From Hydrolagus affinis (Eukaryota): DNA of 64,000 nt. The DNA is taken from assembly GCA_012026655.1 (NCBI GenBank), contig JAAILG010000135.1:62001-126000 (forward strand), in the 5' to 3' direction. This document shows positions 12,887-24,778 of this stretch, piece by piece; the stretch's first letter is position 1; each line of letters begins with the position of its first letter. The position numbers and the translations under genes are program-made. The notes under the pieces were generated by a model that did no database searches, was not told the DNA's origin, and was given only the letters and a program-made list of their open reading frames with translations.

Positions 12887-13125
12887 AAGTGAGTCAATGT
12901 TTCGGGTCCACAACCCAGTGTCGAAACTGGGGCATGTTGGAGGGGGGAAAGGCATTTTAGTTCTTAAATGCCTCTCACTCCCAACATGCCCCAGTTCTGA
13001 CGAAGGATCATGGATCCAAAACTTTGATTCACTTTGCTTTCTGCATAGATGCTGCCTGACCTGCTGAGTGTTCAAGCGACCTCTGTTTTTGTTTCAGATT
13101 TCATCTGCAGTATTTTGCCTTCTGT
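12887..13125. mobile_element. Penelope-like-derived repeat: inverted pair of hammerhead-like motifs plus 3' arm
   Basis: Imperfect inverted repeat 12887-13036; CTGACGA at 12997-13003 followed by stem GGATC-atg-GATCC; arm gatgctgcctgacctgctgagt shared with three other loci. Confidence 0.65.
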
Positions 13126-14017
13126 GTTTTATATTTGTTTGTTAATTTTGTTGTGTTCATTTAAGTGTGATTATTAAACTCACTGCATGTAAGAATTATT
13201 ATTAGATACAATATTATTCAATTTACAGCAGCGCAGTATGTTTAACAACTATTTTTTTGACAACAACAATTTTATTTGCTGATTGAAGTGTTACTGTTAT
13301 TAATAAAGTAGTACTTTTGCTGCAAAGGGAACATTTCCCCCCCTCTCACCCCTTTGAGAAAGGTAATACATAAATCATCGCATGTTATAGAAGGTTTGCT
13401 GGGTCCACATTTCTGAAACCTGAGCTCACTCAGCACTGCACACAATTCCAATCTATTCTGCAAATGCAATTGCAGTTTGTTTACTACGGTCTGTATTATC
13501 TTTGGAATTAGAAGTCAACATTGTGCCTCCATTAGAGGAAATTTGCCATGAATTCTTAGAATAAGGGAGCAAACCATATATGCTCTGGTCCAACTGTTCT
13601 ACCTATATTAAGGTTTGCTCCAGTCAGTGACTTAGCTATTGCACCACTAGAACAGCCAGAGCTGATGCACCAGCAAAAGCTAATGCTGATTATTAATTTT
13701 ACAATATTAATACACACAACAAAGCTAGCATTCCTATCCTTGTAACCAGAGATCCCAATGGCTCAGAGACTCACATCACTGTGCAGATTCTGTGTGTGTA
13801 TGTGTGTAGGGTGGGGGGGCAGTGGGGAGGGAAGGAAGTATAATAGGTCATACACCACCATGGCTTCCACCAGACCTATGACTATCACTCTCACTCTCAG
13901 ATATGCGAGAAAATATGCACAACACAATACTATATACAGTACATGAACTGTGCCATATCCCTCTGAGGGTCAGAGTAGATTGGAGCCGAGAGGCTGAGGC
14001 CATATCAAGTAGCAGGC

Positions 14018-14084
14018 AACATTAGTTAGTATTTTACACATGAGCAAATGTCACTTGCTCATGTGTAAAATACTAACTCATGTT
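14018..14084. repeat. Near-perfect inverted repeat (30-bp arms, 7-nt loop)
   Basis: aacattagttagtattttacacatgagcaa-atgtcac-ttgctcatgtgtaaaatactaactcatgtt; one mismatch. Confidence 0.95.
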
Positions 14085-15095
14085 ATATCTAGGATGAGAT
14101 TTAACCCCTCTCTTCCTGAAACTTTTTTAAATTCTTTCTTGGGAGGAGTGTCATGTTGGCAGACATGTTTGCTTGTAGTTGCCAAGAGAAGGTGGTGGTG
14201 GCAGGCCTAACTTGTTATTTAGACATGAACTTCTCTGAAATATCTTAATTTCTGAGCAGTTTTGTAAACCATATGTTTGAAATGGTACATGGGCACTATA
14301 AAGGATTGGTGCTAGAATTTCATTTATTTTTTAAAATTGAGCTAAATTAGTTTACTGTGACATTTACAACTCTGTATGTGCTTTTCGGCTTCTCGTGACA
14401 ATCTAACTGTGTTCAGAATGATTTACACAACCTCTCATTCAACACTTTTCACAGGGGGTGAGAATTTGCGGGTTGCTCACATTTCTAGTTTTAATTGACT
14501 CATTGTTCTTTCTTTTACTCACCCTGACGTTTCTGAGAATAAACATATGTTTTCTGTTGAAGTGAGATTTTGTCCGGTCTTTGGAATTACCAACCTTATT
14601 GTACGGCTGCGCTGATCATTAATGTTTTCCATTCCATCCAAAAAAGAGAAAGCGTGTTTGCATCGAATCTGGTTTGAATTTGTTCAGCATTTACGCAAAC
14701 AAATTGTGCAATGGCCATCTCAGCACTTGGAAAGGAAAAACAACTTAACCGTGCTAGAAGACATTCATAGAATCTGAATGCTTGAACTATTCCAAGAGAA
14801 TAATTTCCATGATCAGACAGTTGAGGACACACTTTATAATAGCCTTTCCCATTTAATTGAAATCATATGTTTAGCATTTCCAGCAGTGGTTTATATGGGA
14901 TGTTTTACAGATCTTCCTTGCCACTGCTGGAACTACTTTACTACATTTTGGTCAACTCCTCCTCCCTCTTTCCATTACAGTAATTAAAGCCCTCGGAGCA
15001 TGCTTACCAGCCGGTGTATCGTCAATTTTTTCCCATTGCAACTATCACCTTCCAATCCCCTCCTATTTTTCTTGTTCCTGTTGGGAGTCTATCTA

Positions 15096-15323
15096 CAGTA
15101 AAAGCCTATTTATCCGGCACCCGATCAACCGTAACTTCCGTATAACCGGCATCGCAAAAAAATAGGTCCGCATTCGATTAACCGGAATTTATCCGGAAAA
15201 ATGCATTGAAAAAAAAATTGGTTTTTTTTTGAGTTTTCGGCGAGTTTTCAGCCGAATATCCAGCAGGCACTTTAATCAGCATTGGCCAGGTCCCGAGGGT
15301 GCCGGATAAATGGGCTTTTACTG
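15096..15323. mobile_element. MITE / non-autonomous Tc1-mariner (pogo/Tigger-like) element
   Basis: 27-bp TIRs cagtaaaagcc(t/c)atttatccggcaccc with one mismatch, flanked by TA at 15094-15095 and 15324-15325. Confidence 0.9.
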
Positions 15324-15542
15324 TACCTTCTTGTTAAAATGTGGTATCTCTCCCAGCTTGTATTTCACCTTTCCATTTACTCCTCGCTTTTCTGTTTGTG
15401 TCTCCCCTCTTATTATCCTGTCCTGCTTCTTCTGGTACAGAGAGTGGCGCCCTAATGTGAAGAACAGCCCACATAAACACAAGTTGAACCTAATGTTCCA
15501 CGGGGCTCTCCAGGATATCATTACCATCCTAATGTGAGGTAT

Positions 15543-15645
15543 AAACACAGTAGTTGCTGGGAACATGCAGCAGGTCAGGCAGCACTCATGGAGAGAGGAA
15601 AATTAGTTAACGTTTCAGGTCAATGACCTATCAGGAGGTGAACTG
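15543..15645 (-). mobile_element. Copy of the hammerhead-like repeat family
   Basis: Minus strand ctgat-aggtcattgacct-gaaacgttaact...gctgcctgacctgctg. Confidence 0.6.
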
Positions 15646-16540
15646 CCTCACAACTGTGAGAAAGGACAATTGTGTAAAATTTAAAAAAGTCACCCCTAAG
15701 TATGAAAATGCAAATTTATAGAACATTTATTGATAGGATAAATGCACAATGCATTCTGTGGAACTGTAATAGATTCAATCAAATTGTGTGTACTTTTCAA
15801 TAAATGTCTGGTTTTTTTTAGACATCTTCAAGGCATTCTGTTGTTTCTCATATTTGGAGAAATGAAAATCTCCTTACTAATAATGTATGCATACATCTTT
15901 TGAGTAGATTTTTTTGCTCACATATTGATTGTCAGTTACAATCTTGCCCCTAAATATGTTTACTTTCTTCATGCTTAATAGACATCTATGGGTTCCTCTT
16001 TCAAAGATCTGGCACAAAAGTGATGGGCCAAATGATCTTCTATGCTATTAATTTCTATATTGTTTAATTCGTACCTCATTCAGCCAAGACATTTTTGAAC
16101 CGATGTAGAAAGTTAGCCTTCTGACCTTCCACCGCACCCTTCAAGGAAAGGTCTCTCTTTGATATTTTTCAGTGCTATAGGTAGGATTCAATTATTTGTG
16201 TGAAGAATATTGGGATCAACCTCACATTTTATTACACTTCCAGCACAAGTTATTGGCAAGGTTTCCTCTCCTGATTGCTATCCAGTGACGTCTGCTGGAA
16301 GAGGCAGATTGGATCTCTTTTCCAGCCATCAGACATCCATCACCACAATGCCTGAGTAACTGAGACTTTCAGCAAAGAGCATGTCCTTCATCTCAAAGCA
16401 CAAGGTTCAGAGGTTTATACCAAGGGTCATATTGTGCTTCTTTCCCTAGGGTGACATTGTTTTAAGAGAGGTTTTCATAGTCTGAGCTGCAGAGATGCTG
16501 CCAAACACCAGAATGGGTTCTATTGCTGCTGCTTTGCAGC

Positions 16541-16618
16541 ATCCTCCCAAAGCACTTTGAGACGTTGATAAGACGTGGAAAGCGCTATATAAATATAAGG
16601 ATTATTATTATTATTATA
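16541..16618 (+). mobile_element. SINE 3' tail
   Basis: aagcactttgagacg...aaagcgctatataaatataaggattattattattatt. Confidence 0.75.
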
Positions 16619-16938
16619 ACTGCGAAAAAGTTATTTAAAAATTACCAGTTCATCAGATCACCCAGCTATCAAGCCAGCAATTTTCCTAGATACCTACAAG
16701 CATTCAATCTGAGAGCTGCTTATTTTCCCTCAGATCAATTAGGAACGAGGTGCTGCTTAAACATTTGTTTTTCTGTAGCTGGGTGCTTCAACAGCCAGGA
16801 AGAGATTTGGTCCAGGAGTTTATACAAGGATGGCTGAGAGATAATGCATTATTAGGAAGGAACACTGAATTCCTAGCACCTGACATGATAGAAAATATCT
16901 CCTCAGAGTGAATCTCCTCGTAGCAACAATACTATTCT

Positions 16939-17039
16939 AAAACAGAAATCGTTGGGATCACTCAGCAGGTCACGCATCATCTATGGAGAAAGGAAAAGTG
17001 AGTCTACGTTTCACGACCACAACCCTTCGTCAGAACTGA
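16939..17039 (-). mobile_element. Copy of the hammerhead-like repeat family (core nucleotides intact)
   Basis: Minus strand cagtt-CTGACGA-agggttgtggtcgt-GAAAC-GTA-gact...tgacctgctgagt. Confidence 0.65.
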
Positions 17040-17640
17040 ATACTTTTCTAAAGGTTAATATCAAATGCAAGGATTATTATTAGTTTATTATTCTGCAATT
17101 GGAATCTGTACAAAAAAATAATCCTACTGGCACCAAGGATCAATCTATTTAACTCAGACGCATAATAATAAATACAGTGGGATGGATAGTTTGTCCAACC
17201 CCAGGTTTATCCAATAATTAATCCTATGTTTTAGTCCAGAATTGTTGTCCATAAACAGTGTAAACACCTAATGGTTAATATCAAGCACTATATTTGCTGG
17301 ACAGAAGCATGCTTTTATAATTTAGGATTGCTTGTCACTGATTGTCAGGGAGTCTATCGGAAATCCATTAGGGTAGAGCTAATCCTGAATTATTTTCTAT
17401 TCTACTGTCCCAATGAAATACAAAATAATATGTTTATGTCTCATGCCTGAAATGCCTTGGAGATGTCTTGAAATCAAACACAGAGCCTCATTCAGCTCAT
17501 CAATTCATTTCTTACTCAGGCCACCAGCTTAGTAACAGCGCCTTGGAACGTCCTCCTGACATGAAAGGCACTCTATAAACGTAATTTTGTTGTTGTTGTA
17601 CTAGTCTATCGTGGGTTTTTCATTGATCCATGGTTGATCA

Positions 17641-17995
17641 ATCCAGAAAAGATTCACCAGGATGTTGCCTGGAATGAGGGCATACAATTATGGGGAAAAG
17701 CTTGATAAACTGGAGCTTTTTCCTTTGGAGATCAGAAGATTGAGCAGGGATATGATAGAAGTACAGGTATATAAAATGGTGGGAATCTTGGATAGGCTAA
17801 GATTATTTCCAATATACTGTACATGTATATTAGAACAACCATGTGCACATTTAAAAAAAAGCCTGGGCAAATGGTTAAGAGAGAATAAAGTTGAGGGATA
17901 CGAGGATAAAGCCAGGATGTGGGACTAGGACGATCTTGTGAAGTATAAACTCCAGCCAGACTGAATGGCCTGATTTGAAGTTGTACCATCTATGA
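17641..17995 (+). mobile_element. CR1-clade LINE 3' fragment
   Basis: Translates QKRFTRMLPGMRAYNYGEKLDKLELFPLEIRRLSRDMIEV..YKM, typical of the CR1 ORF2 C-terminus; ends with a gactgaatggcctg-type tail. Confidence 0.85.
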
Positions 17996-19289
17996 ATCCA
18001 TAATATATTTGCCAGAGGGAAAGTTCTGCAAAAATTTACAGTAATCAATATTCCTAAAGTAATCAAATGCATTTTGGAATTTCTATCCAAGCCCGCATCT
18101 TCACAATTCAAATCCCTCCCCACGACATTGCAGTAATGAGGTATGCCAAATGTGATTTGGGATATCTTAATTAATTGTGAGAGAACAGGTGAAAATATTA
18201 TTCTAAACATAAAATAAGCCACAACAATATTATTCATGGTACCTTGTGGTGCTGTGCTTTCACACCTGTTTTCTTTTACACCTGTTTTAAATAAATATTT
18301 GGCTTTACTTCTGGTTGAGCTTGTGTCATCTGATTCCTAGCTCAGTGAGCAAAAATGATTTATGTTGCTATTTTAGAAGGTCTCAGAGACCCACTGTTGT
18401 CTGCACTGTGGATCTCCATCATGCCAGGAACTACCTGGTGTAACGGTGGCACGCAACCCAAAGACATATTTCAACTCCACCCAATTGGCAAAAACATAAA
18501 TATCATCAACAATGCCCCAGCGCTCTGGTAAGTTTTTTCCAGGTCATGAAGTTGTTTTATAGTTTTTCTTTTATTTCAAGAGTTAGACTCCAGAGCTCAT
18601 AACCAAGTTGAAAAGAACTGACTAAAGGTGAACAGAATAAAGCAAAAGGCAAGTCCATGCCCAGCTTTCAGGTAGCGGAGACATTCAAATTAGGGAAACT
18701 ACTTAATGCTGCATAAGCATTATGGTGCTTGTACATTTGGTAAATCTTGAGCGCTCATTAAACATCAGGTAACTAAAGCTGCAACTGATATTACTTTGAC
18801 CTATATGCTGCCCTGTGGAGTCTTCATCTCGAAATGGCACAGTATAATGGGGTCTAACTAAAGGATATGTTTAGTCCCCAATTTCCTTTCCATACCTCTG
18901 CTGAAAATTGTAATTCATGCTTAACTATGGCTCCACAGGCGTCAGCACTTCTCATTTCTCGGTGTGTAAGCCTGGATAATGTCAGCAGACTATTGGACTG
19001 CTTGTATGTTTGCCACCCAGGCAGCTTCTCACCAGCACAGAGGCTAACAACTGCAAAGCGAGTCAAAGGTGTGGGGTATGGTTAGGAGGTGGGGGGATGA
19101 TCAAATTAGGCAAATAAAACGGGACTCAGTAAGTCTGACTGAGGAAGTCTGACTGAGGGGAGGCAGCAGCAATGGTCAAAGGAAGGTGACCTTGTCCTGC
19201 CCTGGCTTTGCTCGTATCCGCCGGCACCATTCCCACTCTTTCCTGTCTCCAAGGCTGTTTTTTTTCATTCCAGCAAGTAGTAGATCTCA

Positions 19290-19520
19290 TGGTGGGGGTA
19301 TTGTAGCCGTTGAACCCAATCCTGTCCACACGTGCGCAGGTCCAGCAAGGGTCAGTGGGCAGTAATCAAGGCTGGGACACAGAGGTCAACTGTAGGTCTT
19401 TCACCTTTGTCCTGGTTCATATTAACTAACTCAGCACAGGCAAAAGACCAGGCTTAGAAATGTCTTCATCCGTCTAGCTTAGGATCCCACCTACTGCTGT
19501 ATTTGTCTACTGAGCCTTGA
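19290..19520 (-). mobile_element. Ancient degenerate SINE-like repeat (unclassified)
   Basis: tccagcaagggtcagtgggcagtaatcaagg is the reverse of the similar segment near 16268-16300; ends in ctactgagcc (reverse A-box-like). Confidence 0.4.
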
Positions 19521-19841
19521 GGAGTCATGATTGTTCATAACTTGACAAGAGAAAAATCTGGCTACTGAATTGTAAACCATAGTGAATTATCAAATGCTTT
19601 CAAACATTAACATTTGGCATGTATGCAGTCTCCGAACACATCTATTGTGACTTGTTTCACATCATGGCACTGGTAGTATTGTACTTCTGGATCTCTCCTG
19701 CTGTACTCAATACAATACCTTTTTATCTGTGTTAGCTGATGTTTTTGAATGAACCCCCACCCCCCTCCCGTCCAAACAATTTAGATCTGAAGACAATTTG
19801 CAGTAGGAGTTTGGGGCTTTAGTAGAGCCTGAGAGGGAGAT

Positions 19842-19861
19842 GGGGAGGGAGGGAGGGAGGG
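19842..19861 (+). repeat. (GGGA)n tract, G-quadruplex consensus
   Basis: GGGGAGGGAGGGAGGGAGGG: five G-runs with 1-nt loops. Confidence 0.8.
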
Positions 19862-22588
19862 TGTGAGAGATGGGGAGGGAGTGGATCCTGAACGAGAGCT
19901 GGAGATTAAAGATGATTTTGGGTGGGATACAGATACAGGTAATTAGTGTAACCATTGAGGCCACTTCACTATACAATACCAAATTTCGGATCTTGCTGCT
20001 CAGTCCAGGTTTTGCAGCACTTAGCAAATCAACATAAAGCTGCAGTATAAACACAACACAGGTGCACTGAAAATATATTTTGCAAATACTCTGTTCGCCT
20101 AAGTAGGTTGCTGGATTGCTCATCTATTTGGAATATTGCAAAAACAGAGCAGGTGATGATAGGAATTTTTAACCAGCTTGAAGGTTTTAGTTTGTCAAAG
20201 TCAAACAATATCCCAACCATACATTGTGGAGTCCTTATGCCTTCGCTCCTGCCAACCTGTACCTAATACTTTCCAGGATTAGGGAAGCAGGGTTTATGTC
20301 TCTGGGGAGAGAGTGAGCATTCCATTCTAAAATTCCTCTGCATTGTGTAAATCTTAGTCTGGTTTGGATACGCTTTAAGCATGAAGTGACCAAAAAAACT
20401 CAATGCGTGAGCAGCAAAACTCAGTTCACCAATCAATTGTATATTAGTGGAAAAGAGGTTTATTTGCAATTAAGGAGGTTAAAGTATTAGAAGCCAAATG
20501 ACCTGTTGCTGCGCTGTAAATTTAAAGATTTTATCTTTATTCTGTGATGGTGAACCAGAGACTAAAAAATAATCCCTAGTCTTGCGGAAAACATGGTCAG
20601 ATTGACGCCTCACTTAAATGGCAGAGAAAGCAGATGCATACTCATGGTGTACTGCCAGGAATTAGACACACACCTGGTAATGATCATTTTATCAAAGGAA
20701 AATTCACGCATACTCATCCTTTCACTACCAGGTAGCAGGCACTGTGCCCACCACTCTTGAATTCATCATCTGTTCAAATTGGACAAAATTTGAGTGGAAA
20801 GTATTTATTGCCTAATTTAGATCTCAATATCAGAATTCAAATTACAGTAGATTGCAGCCTTGCTGGCCATACAGTACAGATATGTTCCACAAATGACTGA
20901 TGAACTCATGCACAGTAGAAAGAATATTAAATGTTGCCAAAGATTTATGGTATAAATCGGAAAAATTGACATTTTTGTAAAATAGTAAAAAGTATGCATG
21001 TTTAGAACAAAGCTTGTTTTTGTCTCAGTTTTAGGTACTCTTTTGTTTTTAAACTAGGGGAAACAGAAATCATGCTATTGTTAAATAAACAGCAGATCAG
21101 CTATGACAAAAATCGAGAAAAAACTGTTCAGTAGTTTTTCTAGTAATGATTGATTGAAACTGGATCCTTATTGATAGTGGTTCAAAATTGGTAGCAAAGA
21201 TCAACAAACTTTTTTAAATCACCACTCATCAAATGCAGATCAGTACCCTAAACTCTGTGACCAATTGATTAGGAACATTTGAAGTTTTACTAAAATGCAT
21301 AGAAGATCAGAGCAATAGATAACGAGACCTTAAACTGTACCATGTTAGAATCTGATTACTAAAAGGAGAGCATAAAGAGGGGAAAATCTGCAATGAAAAT
21401 AACAGGCTAAAATGCTAAAAAGTCAATAATAGATATAAATAACACAGTGAGCTTAAAATTATTTATACGCAAGGTGACTGATGAATGTAATAGCAAACAC
21501 ACCTCATACACTCTGAACAATAAGGGTACTATAAGCATCAAACAACTAATCTATTATAGAGCTTCACATACTATAGGCTTGAATTTAAATTGATCTTAGT
21601 CTTTAAGACTTGTAAAACTTATGGAAATTTTTTCAATTATTTCTTAATTCGAACTTTACAACAGTTCTTATGAAGAACTGGCTTCAAAATTAAGTCTGAA
21701 TTTTTACGAATGTTTCACAATTCTTACATGTTAAATAGGCTCTCATACAGCTGTATGAAACACTTTCAGGTGTCCTCCAACATGAACTGTGTTATATAAA
21801 TGTAAATAGTTGTAAAACAAAACAACAGACTTTTAGACTTTTTGAAATTCCAGGTCTTACATATTGCAGACACAATGTTCTGTTTCACTTGAAACCATGA
21901 TCTACCATGTACAAGTGACTGCAAATAAACTGAAACTATTTTTTTAGATTATTAACAAAGTCAACGAGGAAACTGAGAGGAGGTCGGTGCAATTTGTCTG
22001 CTGCACTGATCCAGGAACAGACCCTACTGTAGTGAAATAAGCCAATCTGTGGTTTGTCAGCAATATGTCTTTAGGAACTTGCATTATTTATAGCAACAAA
22101 AAATGTTTTTGGATGAGCCAGCATGATGACACATGTGGGAGCTCATCACTATGCTTTTGAATATCCAAATTAAATTGAGAATTCCATGCAACCCACCTAC
22201 ACTTGGACATTCCAGAGATGTTTGCTGTGATTGAATGCTCACTCTCTCCCTGGAGAGAAGGGAATCCCGCATAACGCCATTACCACACTTACCGGCTGCA
22301 GTGCAATACACATGTGCAGTGTTCTGTTTGAAGCAAGTGCGGGAAACAAAGCCTTGACCCATCACCGCATGCACACTTACCATCTGCAGTGATTAAGTAC
22401 TTGATGCACAGTTCACTACTGTGTACTTTGTTGAAACAAGCGCGAAAAAACAAGTTACAGTTGTGAGGAACAGATTTTAACCAGGACAACAGGTAGAAAA
22501 CATTGTGCTTTTTCTTCAACAGTAAATATTAATTTATCACAATAATAATATTTATTTATGACCATCTGTTTTTTTTTGTGATCTACAG

Positions 22589-22640
22589 CAAAACAAAAGC
22601 ATATGGTAGAAGAAACCGGACTCCAGGATGCCCAGAAAAG
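22589..22640 (+). CDS. FMN1: Formin-1 internal coding exon, (A)KQKHMVEETGLQDAQK(S)
   Basis: T-tract and ctacag acceptor, GTAGTG donor at 22641; 52 bp, phase 1/2 bridges the flanking exons; resembles recalled human AKKEHKMEESHLENAQKS. Confidence 0.88.
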
Positions 22641-22984
22641 GTAGTGTTTACATTTCTAGCGGTTACACTCCTTGCATGCGCATATCAATTTGTGTTCAGA
22701 GTATATTTTGCCTGATAAATGCAGGTGATAGTTCCTTCTGAAATGCTAAGAAATTTCAGATATGTCTGACATTTTAGAAGTTTGATCTGTAATTATACAT
22801 TTATTGTTATAAAATCTGTTAATGAATAATGCAAATGAAACCATGATATGTGCTTTTGGTTTCTGTAATCATCAATGTCATACTGCACATAGAAGGGAAA
22901 GTCAAGTACACAACAGGATACATTAAATTGATTTTGTTACTTGCAGTCTTTTAACCAGTCATGCCCTAATTCCTAAAACTCACT

Positions 22985-23265
22985 CCACATAGTGCTGGGG
23001 ATATGTTGCATTGTCCTTTGGATAGGACGATAAACCAAGATCCCATTTACCCCTTCAGGGGGACAAAAAAGATCCGATGGCCCAAACCCCCAAATAAAAT
23101 GGGTCATTGATTCCATGACTGATGGTGGGACAGTGTTGGTTGCCACTGGCCATCACATTTAACCCACAAAATACAGTCAAGACCCCTTTACAGTATATGC
23201 TGTGAAGCACTTTGGGACATCTCAACAATGTGATAAGCTGCTATTTCAAATGGAAGGATTATTAT
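22985..23265 (+). mobile_element. Deu-type SINE body and tail
   Basis: ggacgataaaccaag...aaaagatccgatggc...gtgaagcactttgggacatctc...aaggattattat. Confidence 0.7.
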
Positions 23266-23708
23266 GAAACCTAATCCAAACCTTCATTTAGAGAATAACT
23301 AATACAGACTCCAAAGGGATAGTGGGTATCCTCCACATTGGAGTTGTGACATCAGGTTGCTAATTTTAGGGACGTCTACTGTCTACGCAGTAATTTCTAA
23401 TGGGATTAATTCACGAGTGAAACACAAAGGTGCAGCCCACCAGCTTCCAGCTTTTCCATTCTGCTGTGATCTACTCTTGAAATTAAAATTTCTCAAGCAT
23501 TTCTGCAATGTATGTCATCAGCTGTGCTGTGCACACACTGTGCTTATTAATAGTATTTACAAGTGGGCAGCAGTTTACTGCATGCAGCAACTCATCAACA
23601 GGCGCCACAGAGTTTCATTGCTCTGTTGCTCCAGTGAGCTCTGAAATTAGGTAGTGTTATTTTCATGTGGACATATTTAGAATCAAAGAATAGCAATTAT
23701 GTAAGTCT

Positions 23709-23960
23709 AGCTCAGTTGGTAGCACTCTCGCCTCTGGGTCAGAAGGTTATGGGTTTAAGCCTCACACGATTTAAGCTCATAATGCAGGTCTGACGCTTCA
23801 CTGCTGTACTGACCAAGTTCTGTGCTGTGTGCTGTTCAAAGTAATGGTCATTTGGGTGAGATTTCAAACCCAAGTTATATTTGTCTGCTGGTTTGATTGG
23901 ATGGGTATTAAAGATATAATGACACAATGAACTCCTTTGATATTCTGATAAATATCCTGG
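23709..23960 (+). mobile_element. Older tRNA-headed Deu-type SINE 5' part (SacSINE1-like)
   Basis: agctcagttggtagcactctcgcctctgggtcagaaggttatgggtttaag: pol III A/B-box-like head. Confidence 0.65.
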
Positions 23961-24513
23961 TCACTGCCTGCCACACTTCATGCCTCCTGTCCCTGTTGCA
24001 GAATTAATGTCTCCCCCACCCCACCACCATACCCATACACACACCGCTCCCCCCTAAACCATTTCCTGGCACCACTTCAAGACTATCTGCACCAGAAAAC
24101 AATGTTTTTAAGACATTGAACCTCAGCCATTACATCCTAGAATACCACACTCCACACCTGGATACCGGAGCTTTCACTTTTATAACTCTACAGTACGTGT
24201 TTGGTGCAAAAGATGGCCTGTTCATTTTTATGTAAGGGAATATTAAAAGAATAAACATATTTCACTTCACCTATTATTCTACGATGTGATATGGCACTAT
24301 ATCAAATGCAACTTCGGTGACTGGCCCAAAGCTTTTTTTGTTTCATTTTTGGCCCTTTGAAAGAGTTTTTTTTCATTACTACCTATTTTCTGTTCTGGAT
24401 CTTTAGATAAGTGAAGACATTTGCTCTGTTCATTGTCCGGAAAAAGAATTAGTTTACAATTGAGGTCAGGGGGTTAGGGGAGGAGTAGAATAAATCAACC
24501 AGGAGAAATATGT

Positions 24514-24692
24514 AACAAAAACAGAGTTCGCTGGGTACACTCAGCAGGTCAGGCAGCATCTACGGAGAAAGGAAATTGAGTCAACAGTTTAGGTCCACGA
24601 CTTTTCATTGTCACGTTCTGACTTGCTGATTATTCCCAACAATTTCTGATTTTGTTTCAGACTTCCAGCATCTACAGTATTTTGCATTCTGA
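24514..24692. mobile_element. Hammerhead-like repeat family copy with inverted arms
   Basis: 24514-24552 and 24618-24656 are imperfect reverse complements; tail cagacttccagcatctacagtattttgc matches the end of the 12887-13125 copy. Confidence 0.65.
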
Positions 24693-24728
24693 AGAAATGT
24701 GTGTTCATTCTTGTGAGTGTTCATGCTT

Positions 24729-24778
24729 GTATGTGTGTTGGTTGTGCTTGTGTGTGTGCGTGCTTGTGTGTGTGTGTG
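24729..24778 (+). repeat. Imperfect (TG)n microsatellite
   Basis: gtatgtgtgttggttgtgcttgtgtgtgtgcgtgcttgtgtgtgtgtgtg. Confidence 0.8.

Noticed and set aside
22296-22455. Loose direct repeat (ctgcagtg...ttgaa.caag.gcg..aaac) upstream of the 52-bp exon
   Set aside because: Similarity is patchy and I could not define a unit or function by eye.
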